Assembly (NCBI GenBank): GCA_030390025.1
Contig: CM059431.1
Span: 150,042,001 to 150,106,000, forward strand
Source: Squalus acanthias
Taxonomy: Eukaryota
Length of the DNA stretch: 64,000 bases
Direction: 5' to 3'
The translations under genes and the position numbers were made by a program. Each line of letters starts with the position of its first letter. Position 1 is the stretch's first letter. The notes under the pieces were generated by a model. It saw nothing but the letters and a program-made list of their open reading frames with translations. It was not told where the DNA came from and searched no databases. This document shows positions 47,380-60,529 of this stretch, in pieces.

Positions 47380-49440
47380 CTCCTTAAAACGCCTGTGTGA
47401 CTGGGTCGTCTCTTAAAAAATCTGTGTGTCTGGTCCTGTTTCTTGAAAAAGCTTTTCTCAGTGTTTCTGATTCATTAAACAGCCATTGTGACTGGTCGTG
47501 TCTCTTTAAAAAGCTTGTATGACTGATCATAAGAACATAAGAACATAGGAAATAGGAGCAGGAGTGGGCCAATCGGCCCCTCGAGCCTGCTCCGCCATTC
47601 AATAAGATCATGGCTGATCTGATCCTAACCGCCAATCTACTATCTATCACAGAACCATCTCCTGCATCTAACAGAATTGCACACACGAAATAGGAGCAGA
47701 ATCAGGCTACACAGTCCCTGGGCCCGCTCCACTACCCACAGGGCCATGACCGATCCGAACCTAGACTCATGTCCAAATTCCTGCCCGCTCCCCGTAACCC
47801 TTAATGCCCTTTACTTCTAGGAAACTGTCTATTTCTGTTTTAAATTTAATTAATGTTGTAGCTTCTACAGCTTTTTGTGGCAGCATATTCCATGGACCTA
47901 CCACCCTCTGAGTGAAGTAGTTCCTCCTCATCTCAGTTTTGAAAGAGCAGCCCCTTATTCTAAGACTATGTCCCCTAGTTCTCGTCTCACCCGTCATCGG
48001 GAACATCCTCCCCGCATCCACCCGATCCAACCCCTTCACAATCTTATATGTTTCAATAAGATCGCCTCTCATTCTTCTGAACTCCAATGAGTAGAGTCCC
48101 AATCTACCCAACCTCTCCTCATATGACCACCCCCTCATCCCCGGGATTAACCGAGTGAACCTTTTTTGCACTGCCTCGAGAGCAAGGATGTCTTTCCTTA
48201 AGTAAGGACACCAAAACTGTATGCAGTATTCCAGGTGCGGTCTCACCAATACCTTGTACAACTGAAGCAATACCTCCCTATTTTTATATTCTATCCCCCT
48301 AGCAATGAAAGCCAACATTCCATTGGCCTTCTTAATCACTTGCTGCACCTGCATACTAACCTTTTGAGTTTCGTGCACCAGGACCCCCAGATCCCTTTGC
48401 ACTTCAGTACTCTCCAGTTTCTTGCCATTAAGATAATAAATTGCTCTAGGATTTTTCCTGCCAAAGTGCATCACCTCACACTTTCCAGTGTTGTATTCCA
48501 TCTGCCAAATCTCTGCCCACTTACTTAGCCTGTCTATGTCCCCTTGCAGGTTTTTTATGTCCTCCTCACTCACTACTTTCCCTCCCATCTTTGTATCATC
48601 TGCAAATTTTGATATGTTACACTTGGTCCCTTCCTCCAAATCGTTAATATAGATTGTGAAGAGTTGGGGACCCAGCACTGACCCCTGTGGAACACCACTA
48701 GTTACTGATTGCCAGTCTGAGAATGAACCATTTATCCCAACTCTTTGCTTTCTGTTAGATAGCCAATCCTCTATCCATGCCAGAATATTACCCCCAATCC
48801 CGTGATTTTTTACCTTAAGCAATAATCTTTTGTGTGGCACCTTGTCAAATGCCTTTTGGAAGTCCAAATACACTACGTCCACTGGTTCCCATTTATCCAC
48901 TCTATATGTTACTTCCTCAAAGATCCTGTCTGTTTAAAAATTCCTCCTTGTCTGGTGCTGGCTCTTTAAAAAGCCTTTGTGTCTGGTCCTGTCTCTTTAA
49001 AATGTCTGTATGACAGGTACTGTCTCTTTATAAAACCTGTGTGACTGGACTTGTCTCTTTATAAAGCCTTTGTGAACAGTCCTGTATATGTAAAATGCAT
49101 GTGAGACAAGTCCTGTCTCTTTAAAAAATCCTACGTGAATTTTCCTGTCTCCTTAAAATGCTGGTGTGACTCGTTCAGTCTCATTAAATAGCCTATGTGA
49201 TGTTCCTGCTTCTTTATAAAGGCTCTGCGACTGGTCCTGTCTCTTTAAAAGGATTGTGTGACTGGTCTGTCTCTTTAAAAAGGAGTGTGTTTTGTCCTGT
49301 CTCTTAAAGAAGTCTGTGCGACTGATACTGTCTCTTTAATAAACATTGTGACTGAATCTTGCTGTTTAAAAAGTCTGTGTGACTGGTCCTGTCTGTTAAA
49401 GAAGCCTGTGTGACTGCTGTGTCTTTAACTGGTGTGACAG
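47380..49440. repeat. ~31-bp minisatellite (gtgtgactggtcctgtctctttaaaaagcct) interrupted by a CR1
   Basis: Units at 47380-47525 and 48922-49440. Confidence 0.85.
47529..48921 (-). mobile_element. Young 5'-truncated CR1 with an uninterrupted 377-aa RT/C-terminal ORF
   Basis: ORF 47767-48900 has no stops; tail (cataagaa)n; apparent TSD GATC at 47525-47528 and 48922-48925. Confidence 0.92.
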
Positions 49441-49752
49441 ATCAGGCAGGACCTCATAATTCATTTTCGGGTCCTGCTCTCATCTGCCAAAACTGCTCAG
49501 AATCCGAGAATCATTCTGCAATGCAAAGATAAATTCCGGTTCCTATTCTCTACTGCTAACCGTCTTCTTAAACCCCTCTCCCCTGTGTCCTCCACCCTTA
49601 CCTCCGATAACAAGTGTAAGGAGCTCATGGACTTCTTTCTCTCTAAGATTGAGACCATCCTTTCAGCTGCATCTGCCACTCTCCTTCCTTCCTCTAGCCC
49701 ACCGGGCCAAACTTCCTCTGAGGTCCCCCCCCCCTGCACTAGCCCTCAACTA

Positions 49753-52700
49753 ACAACATAAGAACAAAAGAAATAGGAGCAGGAGTAGGCCATACGGCAG
49801 TTCGATCCTGCTGCGCCATTCAATAAGATCATGGCTGATCTTCTGCCTCAACTCAATTCACCGGCCCTATCGCCATATCCCTTGATGCCTTTAGTTGTCA
49901 TAAATCTAGCGACTTATGTTTTGAATATACCCAATGATTGAGCTCCACAGCCCTATGGGGTAGAGAATTCCAAAGATTCACCACCCTCTGTGTGAAGAAA
50001 TTTGTTCTCATCTCAGTCCTGAATGGCCTACCCTTTATCTTGAGGCTGTGGCTCCTGGTTCTTGAATCCCCAGCAAAGGGAAACATTCTCCAAGCATCCA
50101 GCCTATCAAGCCCTGTAATAATTTTGTATGCTCCAATGAGATCCCCTCTCATTCCTCAGAATTCAAGTGAATACAGGCCTAGTTTACTTAATCTCTTCTC
50201 ATACAACAGTCCTGCCATCCCAGGAATCAATCTCGTGAACCTTCGTTGCACTCCCTCTAAGACAAGTATATCCTTCCTTAGGTCAGGAGACCAAACTTCT
50301 ACACTGTACTCCAGGTGTGGTATCAACAAGGCCCAATATAATTGGAGTGAGACTTCTTTACTCCTGTACTCAAATGCTCTTGTAATGCAAGCCAGCATAC
50401 CATTTGCCTTCCTAATGGATAGCTGCACCTGCACTTTCAGTGACTCATGTACAAGGACAACCAGGACCCTTTGAGCATTTGAATTCCCCAAACTTTCACC
50501 ATTTTGGAAATACTCTGCTTTTCTGTTTTTTCTACCAAAGTGGATAACTTCACACTTATCCACGCTATATTCTATCTGCCATATCCTCGCCCACTCGCTG
50601 AGCCTGTCGAGATCCCCTTGAAGCCTCTTCATAAACTCTTCACAACTGACAGGAGGATAGAACAGATGAATGCGTGGCTAATGAGTTTTTGCAGGAGGGA
50701 GGGTTTTAGTTTCCTGGATCACTGGGCCTGCTTCTAGGGAAGGTGGAACGTGTACAAGTCGGACGGTTTGCACCTGAACCAGAGCGGGAGAAATATCCTT
50801 GCGGGGATGTTTGCTAGCACTGTTGGGGGGGCTTTAAACTAACTTGGCAGGGGAATGGGATACAGAGTGGAACTGCAATAGGGGGTGATGTACAGTAAAA
50901 TATAGAGAAAAAAAACAAGCAGCTTGGAAGAAAGGGCAAAGATGTAAGAGCAAGGCTAGGAGGCATCTATTTTAATGCAAGGACTCTATCGAATAAGGTG
51001 GATGAACTGAAGGTGTTGATAAACAAATGGGATTATGATATTGTTGCGATCACGGAGACATGGTTGAGGGAGGGGCAAGATTGGCAGCTCAATATTCCGG
51101 GGTACAGAATCTTCAGGCGAGACAGAGGGGGAGGTATAAGAGGAGGGGTGTCGCAATATTAATTAAGGAATCAATTACTGCCATGAGGAGGGATGAAATA
51201 TTAGCAGGTTCCTCCAATGAGGCTATATGGGTGGAGCTTAAAAACAAAAAGGTTGCAAGCACTTCGCTGGGAGCGTACTATAGGCCCTCAAACAGTCAGG
51301 GGGAGATAGAGGAACAGATATGTATGCAAATCTCAGAGAAATGTGCAAATAATAGTGTAATAATAATGGGGGATTTCAACTTCCCCAATATTATCTGGGA
51401 TAGTCAGAGTGTGAAAGGCTTAGAGGGTTCAAAATTCTTAAAGTGCATCCAGGAGAGCTTTTTGAGCCAGCATGTAGAAAGTCCTACAAGAGAGGGGGCG
51501 GTACTGGACCTAATTCTAGGGAATGTGGCCGGCCAAGTGGAAGAAGTGCTAGTAGGTGAGCAGTTTGGTGACAGTGTTCATAATACGGTGAGATCTAAGG
51601 TGGTCATGGAAAAGGACAGGGATGGGCCGGAAATAAAGATTCTAAATTGGGAGAAGGCCGATTTTAATAGGATAAGGCAGGATCTGGCCAAAATGGACTG
51701 GGATCAGCTTCTTGTAGGAAAATCTGCATCGGAGCAATGGGATTCTTTCAGAATGGAGATTGAGATCATACAATGGCAGCATGTTCCCGTAAAGGTCAAG
51801 GGTGGTTCCAAAAACACCAGGGAATCTTGGATGTCAGGAGATATACGAGAATGGATCAGAAAAAAAAGGAAGGCTTTTGGCAGATACAAAATGCTAAAGA
51901 TGGAGGAAGCCCTAGAGGAGTATAAAAAGTGCAGGGGGATACTTAAAAAAGAAATTAGGAGATCAAGGAGGGGCCATGAAATAACACTGGCGAGCAAAAC
52001 AAAGGAAAATCCTAAGATGTTTTATAAGTATATTAAGGTTAAGAGGATAACTAGGGAAAAAATAGGGCCCATTAGTGAAAAAAGTGGCAATCTGTGTGTG
52101 GAGCCGGAAGGTATAGGTGGGTTCTAAATGATTTTTTTGCATCTGTTTTCACTATGGAGAAGGACGATGCAGACATAAAATTAGGGCAGGGGGACTGTGA
52201 TATACTCGAACATTTTAACATCGAGAGGGAGGAGGTATTGGCGGTTTTAGCAGGTCTAAAAATGGATAAATCCCCAGGTCCGGAGGAAATGTATCCCTGG
52301 CTGCTGTGTGAGGCAAAGGAGGAGATTGCGGGGGCTCTAACTCATATATTCAGAACCTCTCTGGCCACAGGGGATGTGGCAGAGGACTGGAGAACAGCTA
52401 ATGTAGTACCATTATTCAAGAAATGGAGTAGGGAAAAACCGGGGAACAACAGGCCAGTGAGCCTAACATCAGTGGTAGGAAAATAATTGGTAAAAATTCT
52501 GAGGGACAAAATTAGTCTCCACTTGGAGAGGCAAGGATTAATCAGTGTTAGCCATCATGGCTTTGTCAAGGGAAGATCATGTCTGTCTAATTTGTTTGAA
52601 TTTTTTGAGTGGGTGACTGGGTGTGTGGATGAGGGTAACGCAGTGGATGTGGTATACATGGATTTCAGTAAGGCCTTCGATAAAGTCCCGCACAGGAGAC

Positions 52701-54075
52701 TGGTCAAGAAGGTAAGAGCCCATGGAATCCAGTGTGCATTGGCACTTTGGATACAAAACTGGCTCAGTGGCAGAAGGCAGAGTGTGATGGTCGAAGGTTG
52801 TTTTTGTGACTGGAAGCCTGTGGCCAGTGGGGTACCACAGGGATCGGTGCTGGGTCCCTTGCTGTTTTTTGGTCTACATTAACGACTTGGATATGAATGT
52901 AAAAGGTATGATCAGTTAGTTCACGGATGATACGAAAATTGGTAGGGTGGTAAATAGCGAGGAGGGTAGCCTCAGTCTGCAGGACGACATTGATGGGTTG
53001 GTCAGATGGGCGGCACAGTGGAAAATGGAATTTAATCCGGAAAAGTGCGAGGTGATGCACTTTGGAAGGACTTACAAGGCAAGGGAATACACAATGAATG
53101 GTAAGACCCTAGGCAAGACGGAGGATCAGAGGGATATTGGTGTGCAAGTACACAGATCCCTGAAGGTGGCGGAACAGGTGGATAACGTGGTAAAAAAGGC
53201 ATATGAGATACTTGCATTCTTTAGCCGAGGCATAGAATATAAGAGCAAGGAGGTTATGATGCAGCTGTATAAAACACTGGTTCGGCCGCATCTGGAATAC
53301 TGTGTGCTTTTCTGGTCGTCACACTACAGGAAGGATGTGATAGCTTTGGAGAGGGTGCAGAGGAGATTCAACAGAATGTTACCCGGGCTGGAGTGCTTCA
53401 GCTATGAAGAGAGACTGGGCAGATTGGGTTTGTTTTCCTTGGAGCAGAGGAGGCTGAGGGGGGACATGATTGAGTTGTACAAAATTATGAGGGGCATAGA
53501 TAGGATGGATACTAAGGAGCTTTTTCCCTTAGTAGAGGGGTCTATAACAAGGGGGCATAAATTCAAGGTAAAGGGCGGGAGGTTTAAAAGGGATTTGAGA
53601 AATAACTTTTTCACCCAGAGGGTGGTTGGAGTCCGGAACTCACTGCCTGAAAGGGCTGTGGAGGCAGGAACCCTCACAACATTCAAGAAGTATTTGGATG
53701 AGCACTTGAAATGCCATAGCATACAAGGCTACGGAGCAAATGCTGGAATATGGGATTAGATTAGACAGGGCTTGATGGCCGGCGCGGACACGATGGGCCG
53801 AAGGGCCTCTATCCTTGCTGTATAACTCTATGACTCTGTGACTATGACACTGCCACCTAGTTTTGTATCATCAGCAAATTTGGAAATGTTTCATTTAGTT
53901 CCCTCATCCAAATCATTCACATAGATTGTGAATGGCTGAGGCCCAGGAACCGATCCTTCCGGTACCCTACTAGTCACAACATGCCATCCTGAAAGAGACC
54001 CGGTTATTCCTACTCTTTGTTTTCTGTCTGTTAACTAATTTTCAATCCATGCTGGTATATTACCCCCCCAATTCC
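49753..54075 (-). mobile_element. CR1 (49753-50646 and 53848-54075) inside the L2, itself interrupted
   Basis: RT C-terminal ORFs 49898-50152 and 50156-50632; sequence resumes at 53848 (FADD region). Confidence 0.85.
50647..53848 (+). mobile_element. CR1 from the end of ORF1 to the 3' tail, few disruptions
   Basis: ORFs 51060-52127, 52094-52486, 52487-52882 and 52947-53759; tail ctctatgactctgtgactatgac. Confidence 0.93.
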
Positions 54076-57000
54076 AACTCATATCTTTCTCCCGTTTCTC
54101 TCCGATCTCCCCCCATGACCTCTCCGCGCTCAACTTGCCAATGAGACTCACTTTCTCCTCCCTCTACGCTATTCCCAGCAAACTGCTGACCACCCAACTT
54201 CCTTTTCAGGCTCCCTCTTTAGCTGACGTTGTTACCGATTCTCTCTCCTCAGGTACTGTCCCCTTCTCATTCAAAACAGCCGTCAGCACCCCTCTCCTCA
54301 ATAAAGAACCATTGACCCCACCGGCCTTCCAAACTACTGCCCCATCTCCAACCTCCATTTCCTCTCCAAAGTAATTGAATGCGCCCAAATCCGTGGCATC
54401 TTTCCCGCAATTCCTTGTTTGAATCCCTGCAATCAGGCTGCCGCCATTCCCTCAGTGCCGAAACGGCTCTCATCAAAGTCACAAATGACATCCTTTGTGA
54501 CTGTGACAAAGGTACACTATCCCTCCTCATCCTTCTTGACTTGTCTGCAGCCTTTAACAAGGTCGACCACTTCATCCATCTGCAACGCCTCTCCACCGTC
54601 GTCCAGCTGGGTGGGACTGCACTCGCCGGGTTCCATTCTTATCTATCTAATCGTAACCAGAGAATCACGTGCAGCGGCTTTCTGTTCCCGCACCCGCATC
54701 GTTACCTCTGGTGTACTCAAGTATTTATCCTTGGCCACCTCCTATTTCTCATGCATGTTACCCCTTGGCGACATCATCCAAAAACAGCGTTCGTTTCCAC
54801 ATGTAGGCTGACGACACCCAGCTCTACCTCATTACCTCTTCTCTCCGCTGTTTGTCATACATACAATTCTGGATGAGCAGAAATGCTCTCGAATTAATTA
54901 GTGCTTGGACCGATGCCATGTTTTTGGCCACTGACACTAACTCCGTTCCCTAGCCACTAACACCAGCCCTCTCCCTAACATCTTTCTGAGGCTGAACAAA
55001 ACTGTTCGCAACCTTGGTGTCATATTTGACCCTGAAATGAGCTTCCGAACACATATCTGCAGCAGAACTAATACAGCAAATGTTCCACCTCCGTAACTAC
55101 GACCGTCTGCACACCTGCCTGAGCACATCCGCTGGTGAAACCCTCATCCATGCCTCTGTTACCTCTTGACTTGAATATGACAATGCACTCCTGGCTGGCC
55201 TCCCATATTCTACCCAACGGAAACTTGAGGTCATACAAAAAACGGCTGCACATATCCTAAATCAACCAAGTTCCGTTCGCCCATCACCCATGCTCTCGCT
55301 GAACTAGATTGGCTCCTGGTTGAGCAGCGCCTCGATTTAAGATTTCTGATCCTTTTTTAAAACTCCCTCCCTGGCCTCGCCTCTCCCTATCTCTGTAATC
55401 TTCTTCATCTACAGCCCTCACCTCCTCCGCCCCCGCCCCTCCGTATATCTGCGCTACTCTAATTCTGCCCTCTTGAGCATCCCTGATGATAATTGCTCAA
55501 TCATTTGTGGCTGTGCCTTCTGTTGCCTTGGCCCTAACCTGTGGAATTGCCTGCCTCATCCTCTCCGCCTCGCTACCTCTCTGTCCTCCTTAAAGATGCA
55601 CGTTGAAATCTACCTCTTTCACCAAGCTTTTGGTCACCTGCCCTAATTTCTCTTTACGTGGCTTGGTGTCATTTTTTTTGTCTCATAATACTCCTGTGCA
55701 TCGCCTTGAGACGTTTTACTACGTTAAATGCGCTATATAACAAGTTGTTGTTTTTGTTGTTAAAGAAGACCAGATGGGTTTTCACTACAATCCGGTAGTT
55801 TCATGGTCACCATTACTTACACTAGCTTTTTATTCCAGATTTGTTGAATTAATTGAGTTTAATTTCCCCAGTTGTTGGGATTGGAACTCAGGGTCAATCG
55901 TCCGGGAATCTGGTTTACTACTGCAGCATCATAACCACTATGCTACCGTACCCTTCAAATATATCGCCGTTCCTTCATCGTCACTCGGTCAGAAGTCTGA
56001 AATTAGTTCCGTAATTGTATTGTGGGAGCACCTTCACCTCACGGACTGCAGCGGCTCTAGATGAAGGCCATCATTTTATCATGGGTAACTAGGGATGGAC
56101 AAGTACGACCGGCCTTCACAGCGCCACACATATCCTGAGAACAAATAAATATAAATAATAAAATGGGAATAAAATCCCTGATTTTATAATTCATTGATTG
56201 AAAACAGGCGAGACCTATTATCCATGCGGACGTCATGCTCCGCTACACAAATTGTCGAAGCAACTTGGCCCACCATTTCTATGGCTTTCTGATTGATACT
56301 GCTCACACTTTCCCAATTTACCTATCCATTCAAAACTTGTTTAATAAAGTATCACATAGTACCTAATTTGAAGCCCATGGGATTAAAGGGGAAGTGGCAA
56401 CATTGCCCTGAAATTGGCTAAGAGGCAGGAGGCGAAGAGTAGTGGTAAACGATTGTTTTTCTGACTGGAGGGAAGTAAAAAGTGGTGCTCCCCAGGGGTC
56501 GGTATTGGGACCATTGCTCTTTTCATGTATATCGATTCCATGGAATTGGGTATGCAGCACATAATTTCAAAGCTTGCAGATGATAGAAAACTCGGAAATG
56601 TTAATTAACAGTGAGAAGGTAGTAACAGACTTCAGGAGCACATAGACAGATTGGTGGAATGGTCAGTTACATGGCAGAAACAATTTAACACAGACAAGTG
56701 TGAAGTGATACATTTTGGTTGGAAGTATGAGCAGAGGCAATAGAAACTAAACGGTACAATTTTAAAGTGGGTGCACGATCAGACAGAGCTGGGGAGTAGT
56801 ATACAATTTTTTGAAGGTGGCAGGGCAAGTTGCGACAGCTGCTAATAAAACATACGGATTCCTTGGCTTTACAAACAGAGACACAGATTAACACAATCCA
56901 GGAAGAAATGCTAACATTTTATAAATCACTGGTTAGGTCCCAACTGGAGAATTGTTTCCAATTCTGGGCACCACACTTTGGCAAGCATATCAAGGATTAG

Positions 57001-57112
57001 AGAAATGCAGGGATTTACCAGAATGGTACCAGGGATCTGGGACTTCAGTTAAGTGGAGAGACTGGAGAAGCTGGGATTGTTCTTTTTAGAGGAGCGAAGG
57101 TTAAGAAACATA

Positions 57113-58004
57113 GGGGTAGAAATTAGGTCGCGCCCCATTTGGGGCACAAATATCGTCCGGACGCAAATATTAGCGCCTGGCGCTAATTATCGGCACTGAT
57201 GGGAAACTTCACTTTTACCGCCCCGGGAGGTGAGTGGAGCGCTAAAGCAGGCGCTGCACACCTCTCTTAAGGCGCAAAGGCCGAGCAGTGAGGCGCTAAC
57301 TCGGAGCGCTGGCGAAGCTCATGTAATGTCAGTCAGCAATGGAACACACACACAATGGCACGGGCCAGTTCTTAAAGGGGATGGTTAATCTTGCTTTCCA
57401 TCCACATCCTGTTCATTGCTGCCTTGAATCTTGGCCTGGAGAGACTTGTACATCAAATGTGCTGGAAAGAACAATGGAGAGCACCAGGCAAAGAGCTCAG
57501 AGTGCAGCTCCCACGGTCTCTGCTAAATAGATACAAGGAATGGCAAATCAAAATGAACCTGCAAAGTGCTGCTCAGTACCCAAAACTCCTTCACACAACG
57601 TTGAATCTCTCCAGAAGTCTCTCCCTCTCTCTCTCAGAATGCGTAGTTCAAAAATGCCACCAACAATAAAAGACAGGAAGAGGCCCCCTTTAAATAGCGC
57701 CCCCCCCAGCCCCACAGCGATTGATAGCGTTCCAGTCTTCTGGTCGTTGGAAGCGCCAGGCGGTAAGGCAGGGGGCGCACTCAATTTCCGCTACGGGGCG
57801 CCCCAAGGGCGTTGCACCATGGAATGACGTCACAATCTGCGCGCGCAGGTGGTCGCAGCGGTAAGTTTTAGCGCCGCCGCACAATCTCAAGTTAAGTTCT
57901 CGAGCGGCGCAAACATCGCTGCGCCCGGGCGTTAGCGGCTTTGCGCCCCATTAGCGCCCTCTTAAGGCGCTAACGGGTGGCGCAACCAAGTGAATTTTTA
58001 CCCC
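57113..58004 (+). mobile_element. Complete non-autonomous Harbinger (892 bp), TSD ATA
   Basis: ATA|GGGGTAGAAATT ... AATTTTTACCCC|ATA. Confidence 0.95.
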
Positions 58005-58049
58005 ATAGAATTATAGAATCATAGAAATATATGGCACAGAAGGAGGCTA

Positions 58050-58425
58050 TGCTGACACTCTAGTGCAATGTTGAGGGAGTGCTGCATTGTCGGAGGTGCC
58101 GTCTTTCGGATGAGATGTTAAATCGAGGGCCCGTCTGCTCTCTCAGAACGACGTAAAATACACCATGGCACCATTTCGAAGAAGAGCACTTGCGTTATCC
58201 TCGGTGTCCTGGCCAATATTTATCCATCAAACAACATAACAAAACAGATTATCTGGTCATTATCATGTTGCTCTTTGTGGGACCTTGCTGTTTGCAAATT
58301 GGCTGTCGTGTTTCCCACATTACAACAGCGACTCCACTTCAAAAGTATTTCATTAGCTGTAAAGTGCTTTGAGACGTCCACTGGTCGTGAAAGGCGCTAT
58401 ATAAATGCAAGTCTTTCCTTTCCTT
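58050..58425 (+). mobile_element. Deu-domain SINE (SacSINE1/AmnSINE1-like), head truncated
   Basis: ggtgccgtctttcggatgag..cggtgtcctggccaatatt and tail aaaggcgctatataaatgcaagtcttt. A further tail fragment lies at ~59805-59915. Confidence 0.75.
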
Positions 58426-59169
58426 TTTTCTTTGTGGGAAGATATTTGCTCTGAAGCCTCACTACCTCCTCCTTGAATGCCCCCTATTGGTGTGATACTG
58501 ATTTACCTTTATGTCACTGTTTCCAGTACACTTTTGCTGAATCCCATCTCAGCTTTGTCAAATTGGCCTTTCCCAAGTTGAAAGAGTTTACACCTTGTCT
58601 ATCTGTGTCCTTTTTCATAAAGGGAGATTTAATATGGATTTCAAAACTTTGATTGGACTTAAAGGATGCATTTGTCATTTTGTTTTTGCAGTGGCAGAAA
58701 GGTGGTTAACCAGAGTTCACAGATTTAAGGTAATAGGCAAAAGACCCAGAGGAGAAGTGAGGAGAATTTTCTTTTTGCAGTGAGTTGCTGTGATCTGGAA
58801 TGCACTGTCTGAGAACATGGTGGAAGTAGATTCAATAGTAACTTTCGAAAGGGAATGGGTTAATTAGTTGAAGAGGAATTTTTTTACAGCGCTCTGGCTA
58901 AATAGTAGGAATAATGAGACAGTTCTTTCAAACAGATGGCACAGAAACAATGGGACGAATGGCCTTCTTCTGAGCTGTACCATTTTATGATTCTATGAGC
59001 AGGTGACAGAGAGAGAGAAGTGGGAAAGTGAGAGACAGAGAGAAATAAAAAATAGAGAAAGCATGACTGGGAGAGGCACAGCAGGGAAGAAATTTACTTT
59101 AAAAGGGGATTTGTTTAAATACTTGAAGCGTAACAATTTGCAGGTCTACGGGAAAAGAACTGGGGAATG

Positions 59170-59625
59170 GGACTAATTGTAGGGATAAGGTCATGGTGGG
59201 ATTTGATCTTAATGATGAGATTATTAAGATCGAGGCTTTTCCCGCTTGGAAGCAAATGTAGCTCAGCGAGCAAAGGGTTGGTGGGTGAACATGACTTGAT
59301 GCGTGTTCGGTTATAGGCAGCAGAGTATTGGAGGTCAGCCAGGAGATTATTGCAATAGTCCATTCAAGTTTAACAAAGGCATGGGTGAGGGTTTCTGCAG
59401 TGGAACGGCTGACGAGAGGCAGACACGGTCGATATTATAGAGGTGGTTTCAGGCAGAGCTGGTGATTCAGAGGATACGAGGTCGATACTCAGTTCAAGGT
59501 AAAAGAAAACGCAGTCGTTGCGAACAGTGTGGTTCATCCTCACACGTTGGCCAGGGAGGGTGATTGAATTGGTAGATTAAAAAAATGGACTTTGTAACGG
59601 GGACCGGAGACAATGCTTTGGTGTT
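59170..59625 (-). mobile_element. Old L2 fragment
   Basis: DYCNNLLADL..PLLAELHLLP. Confidence 0.6.
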
Positions 59626-60021
59626 CCCAAGATTTAAATAACAAACACAGTATATACAGTGAGACGTGGTGTACAGATCTAGTTGCTGGATGTAGAGACT
59701 TAACAGGAACATCAACAGCAGCGCAGATGAGAGAGTAACTTACGAGAATAGCAATACAGTAGGCAAAGGTTTGGAGAGATAATATCTGAATAGACAGACT
59801 TACCAACATTACAACAGTGACTCGACTTCAAAAATAACTTAATTGGCTGTAAAGCACTTTGAGATGTACGGTTGTTGTGAAAGACCCTATATAAATGCAA
59901 GTATTTATTTTTCTTTTTACCAGGAATTACAACAGCAGCAAAGGAGGGGAGAGAAAAAGATAAGGATAGTAATGCTGTTAAACACGGTTTATAGACTTAA
60001 TAGCAATATAGAGAGCCTTAC

Positions 60022-60202
60022 CAGGAACACCAACAACAGCAAGGAGGGGATAGTAAAATAACTGAATCGTCTGAAGTGCGTAAAGGATCCGACTTTGTAA
60101 TGATAGCATATCATAATATTCAGAAAGAACGTCAAATGCCGAGGAAAAACTCTTTTCCATTGTTGTACCATTCCAATCTACTGTTCTCAGATTCCAGTCC
60201 AT
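60022..60202 (-). CDS. Distal GPCR first exon (glycosylated N-terminus and first half of TM1), intact
   Basis: MDWNLRTVDWNGTTMEK...IQLFYYPLLAVVGVP|GTAAG. 181 nt (phase 1), in frame with the acceptor at 23170. The start could also be 60160 or 60316. Confidence 0.75.
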
Positions 60203-60529
60203 TGTTATAACATTCCAATCTACTGTGCTCAGATTCCGACTCCCTCTCTGTGGAGCAGCGCGTTGATCCTTTAGTACCAGAGGTAATGCCGTCACAGATA
60301 CTATGGGATAACACATTGAAATTAGTCCCTTATTAATAGAAGAGGGAAACCCTGCACTGATGCAATAAGGGTCCATGGAGACTGATATTAAGTACAGTCA
60401 CTGAACAAAGAGTTTCAGTGAACCCGTGGAGACTGACATTAATTACAATCACTGAACAAACAGCTTCTGTTAACCCCTTTCAATCCAGCACGTTTTCTAC
60501 CATAGTAAATTAGAACTTTTCCGCAGTCC

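Larger units (their letters stand above)
49490..55760 (+). mobile_element. L2 LINE (49490-49752 and 54075-55760) hosting nested CR1 elements
   Basis: LFSTANRLLKP; ESLQSG..SAETALIKVTNDIL..LLILLDLSAAF; 3' end gcgctatataaca. Confidence 0.8.
56370..59000 (+). mobile_element. Old CR1 RT/3' fragments (56370-57105, 58690-59000) interrupted by younger elements
   Basis: Degenerate [31 protein letters not shown] and 3' ttctatga. Confidence 0.65.

Noticed and set aside
59978..60376. 132-aa single-exon ORF
   Set aside because: It reads through a consensus donor at 60021, and its 5' part overlaps the TATA-like region; better explained as GPCR exon 1.
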